Shown piece by piece: positions 61,822 to 64,000 of a stretch of 64,000 nt of DNA. The DNA lies in the NCBI GenBank assembly GCA_964016885.1, contig OZ024749.1, forward strand, positions 11,408,001 to 11,472,000, written 5' to 3'. The notes under the pieces were generated by a model. It worked only from the letters and a program-made list of their open reading frames with translations, had not been told where the DNA came from and ran no database searches. Numbering within the stretch: position 1 is the first letter of the stretch; every line of letters begins with the position of its first letter. Both the position numbers and the translations under genes were made by a program. The stretch is from Eledone cirrhosa. Lineage: Eukaryota.

Positions 61822-61874
<53 letters not shown>

Positions 61875-62676
61875 TATATAGTCCATAAATGAGTTTTATA
61901 TCTGCAGTTAACTAGATATGTTTCGTTTTTTTTTAAATGTATTATTATTCACTTCTTTAATTACAAATGCTCAATGAAAACATCCTGTATATCGGTTGAT
62001 ATTACCTCAATATAGAAGGCCTATTGGTACGACTTTGTCTCGTTGTTATTAATGATTTATTTTATCTTATTTATAAGAAATCATCAATAACAATGTCACA
62101 AAATCATATTATTAGAATTTTGTCACATTGCTATTATGTTATTTATAATAAATCTTTATTTAATTGATAGTCTTCGTTTCGTGTCAATACATTAGAGAAG
62201 ATAAAAAAAAAAAAGCACGTCGTTTCGTCAGCATATTTTGTAACTCCATTTCATTTTTTATATTAACATTATAAGTATGTTTTCCCTTCAAAATATTCCA
62301 TTTTGATCGTCTTTCTTCATTTATGAACTGTTTAAGTTGTTTTTAAACAAGAATGTATAGCTTCGAAGGGCAATTTCGTCGTGGACCTGTCCAGTCATTT
62401 CGTGGCGCTAGCAGAAAGGTAATAACTTGATTTAAGATTCCTTTAATCTTTCAAAGTCAACCAAACGTTTATGTGATCTCTTGTTGAAAACCTATTCTTT
62501 AGTGGATAAATTTTCATTTACTCTAACGAACGAATAAAAATTATTTTATGACCCCTAATTTTCTTTCTTCGATTAGAAAATAAATGAAATTAATTATCCT
62601 TATTCATTCGGAGTCTATCGCCTAGTGGCTTTCTTTTCTGCCAGCTATTTCTCTGTAAAAAATGCAACCATTCTTT

Positions 62677-62771
<95 letters not shown>

Positions 62772-63609
62772 TGTGTGCTGAGACCACAAATCATGTGAGT
62801 ACTCGATACACGGGGAGACCTAGAGAGGTTTCGGCTTGTATGTCACACAAGGCGGAACCAATTGGCGCCGCGGTCGGGATTACATCTCTCTCTATATATA
62901 TATATATAATAATAATATTAATTAAATTATTGTGTGCAGAGCTCAGGTGCACTACAACTATATATATATATATATATACACACACATATATGTATATAGT
63001 GAACCATTACACTATAACTTCATATATTACACACACATACATATATATATATATGTATCTATACACACACACACACACATATATATGTATTTGTATATAC
63101 ACATATATATATAAATCGGAAATGTAATGGTCAGATAATTTGTGAAAGATTCCTGGTTCCTTTCGGTTAGAAATCAACATAAAACTTGTGAAAATGTTGA
63201 CTTCTCGAACGTCAGTATAAAATTTTAATACGACAAATATATATATAGAATTCTATAATATATAATGTATATAGAATTATATAATGAATTACTGCGAAAA
63301 GCTTCAAGAGTAAAAGAAATGAAACCATTATAAATTCTTTTCCATTAATTACAGTTTTATATGGCTGTGATATCGTATTAATATAATCATGATTAGGACC
63401 ATTATATGTAATATAACTGCAGGTTATATACATATATATCGTTGTCGTCTTTAATTATATATATATATAAATATAGATATATAATTGTATTAATATATAT
63501 ACGTGTATATATATATATATATATATAAAATTTGGGTAATATTAACTATTATCCAATTACAAGTGTGAGAATAGCTCAATGTAAAATAACAAGTATATTA
63601 CTGAGCCGA

Positions 63610-63710
63610 AATACTTTATAAACAACAATCAAAGACTTTAGAACATTTAATCACTTACGTAAGTGATTAAATGTTCCAAACACTCTTTGATTGTTGTTTA
63701 ATAAAGTATA
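63610..63710. repeat. Imperfect palindrome centred on CTTACGTAAG
   Basis: ATACTTTATAAACAACAATCAAAGA...ATCACTTAC pairs with GTAAGTGAT...TCTTTGATTGTTGTTTAATAAAGTAT. Confidence 0.8.
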
Positions 63711-63830
63711 TATATATATATATATAGAGAGAGAGGTAGAACACTGGAAGGTAATATCCGTAGTGGTAGAGCACTCAGTCCAAGGGACGAGTTAGGTAGA
63801 AGTGGTTACACAACAGTTAGTTCACCATAC

Positions 63831-63868
63831 CGAGAACAATTGTTTCACCTTTTCGGATCCTCAGCTCG
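63831..63868 (-). ncRNA. Very small type-I hammerhead motif
   Basis: CGAG CTGAGGA TCC-GAAAA-GGT GAAA CAATTG TT CTCG on the minus strand. Palindromic stem III. Confidence 0.6.
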
Positions 63869-64000
63869 TAAATATATATATATAGTGAGTAATATTAAAT
63901 ATTACCCAGTTACTAGTATGAATATAGCTTGATGTAATATAACAAGGCCCCTCATCTCTCTTCACGTGCACAATGCGAATTCAGGTTCCCTCACGTCCTC

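Larger units (their letters stand above)
60835..61825. repeat. Complex of nested palindromes and direct repeats between TA tracts
   Basis: ~65-bp hairpin arms at 60851-60996. ~60835-60933 is repeated at ~61592-61692. ~61458-61587 is inverted at ~61694-61823. Confidence 0.85.

Overview
This is AT-rich, repeat-dense eukaryotic (animal) DNA. The SINE, RTE-LINE and (TA)n microsatellite landscape looks molluscan or cephalopod, which is an inference and not a database result. The only host genes I can support are two tandem + strand paralogs 29,260 bp apart. Gene A has CDS exons 4774-5812, 7119-7286, 8952-9130 and 10214-10399 (~523 aa). Gene B has CDS exons 34034-35117, 37460-37630, 38844-39014, 42208-42380 and 52333-52518 (~594 aa). 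Both encode two MYND zinc fingers, a Lys-rich linker, a variable 9-aa KTDVKxAGK repeat, one further MYND finger (A) or two (B) on a symmetric phase-1 exon, and an uncharacterised ~120-aa C-terminal domain. Differences between the paralogs are overwhelmingly amino-acid-changing while flanking intron sequence is nearly identical, suggesting diversifying selection. A second hidden layer is about 11 minimal type-I hammerhead ribozyme motifs in AT-rich elements, most of them near (TA)n tracts and several in fold-back arms (Penelope-like pLTR or retrozyme-like). One hammerhead-armed cassette and an adjacent fold-back enclose Merlin/IS1595 transposase fragments. The remainder is degenerate transposons (RTE LINEs with a PHD-like finger inside RT, CRE-like and CR1/L2-like LINEs, a Gypsy fragment, mariner/Tc1, piggyBac and its MITEs, a hAT MITE), tRNA-derived SINEs and minisatellites. 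All alignments and counts were done by eye.
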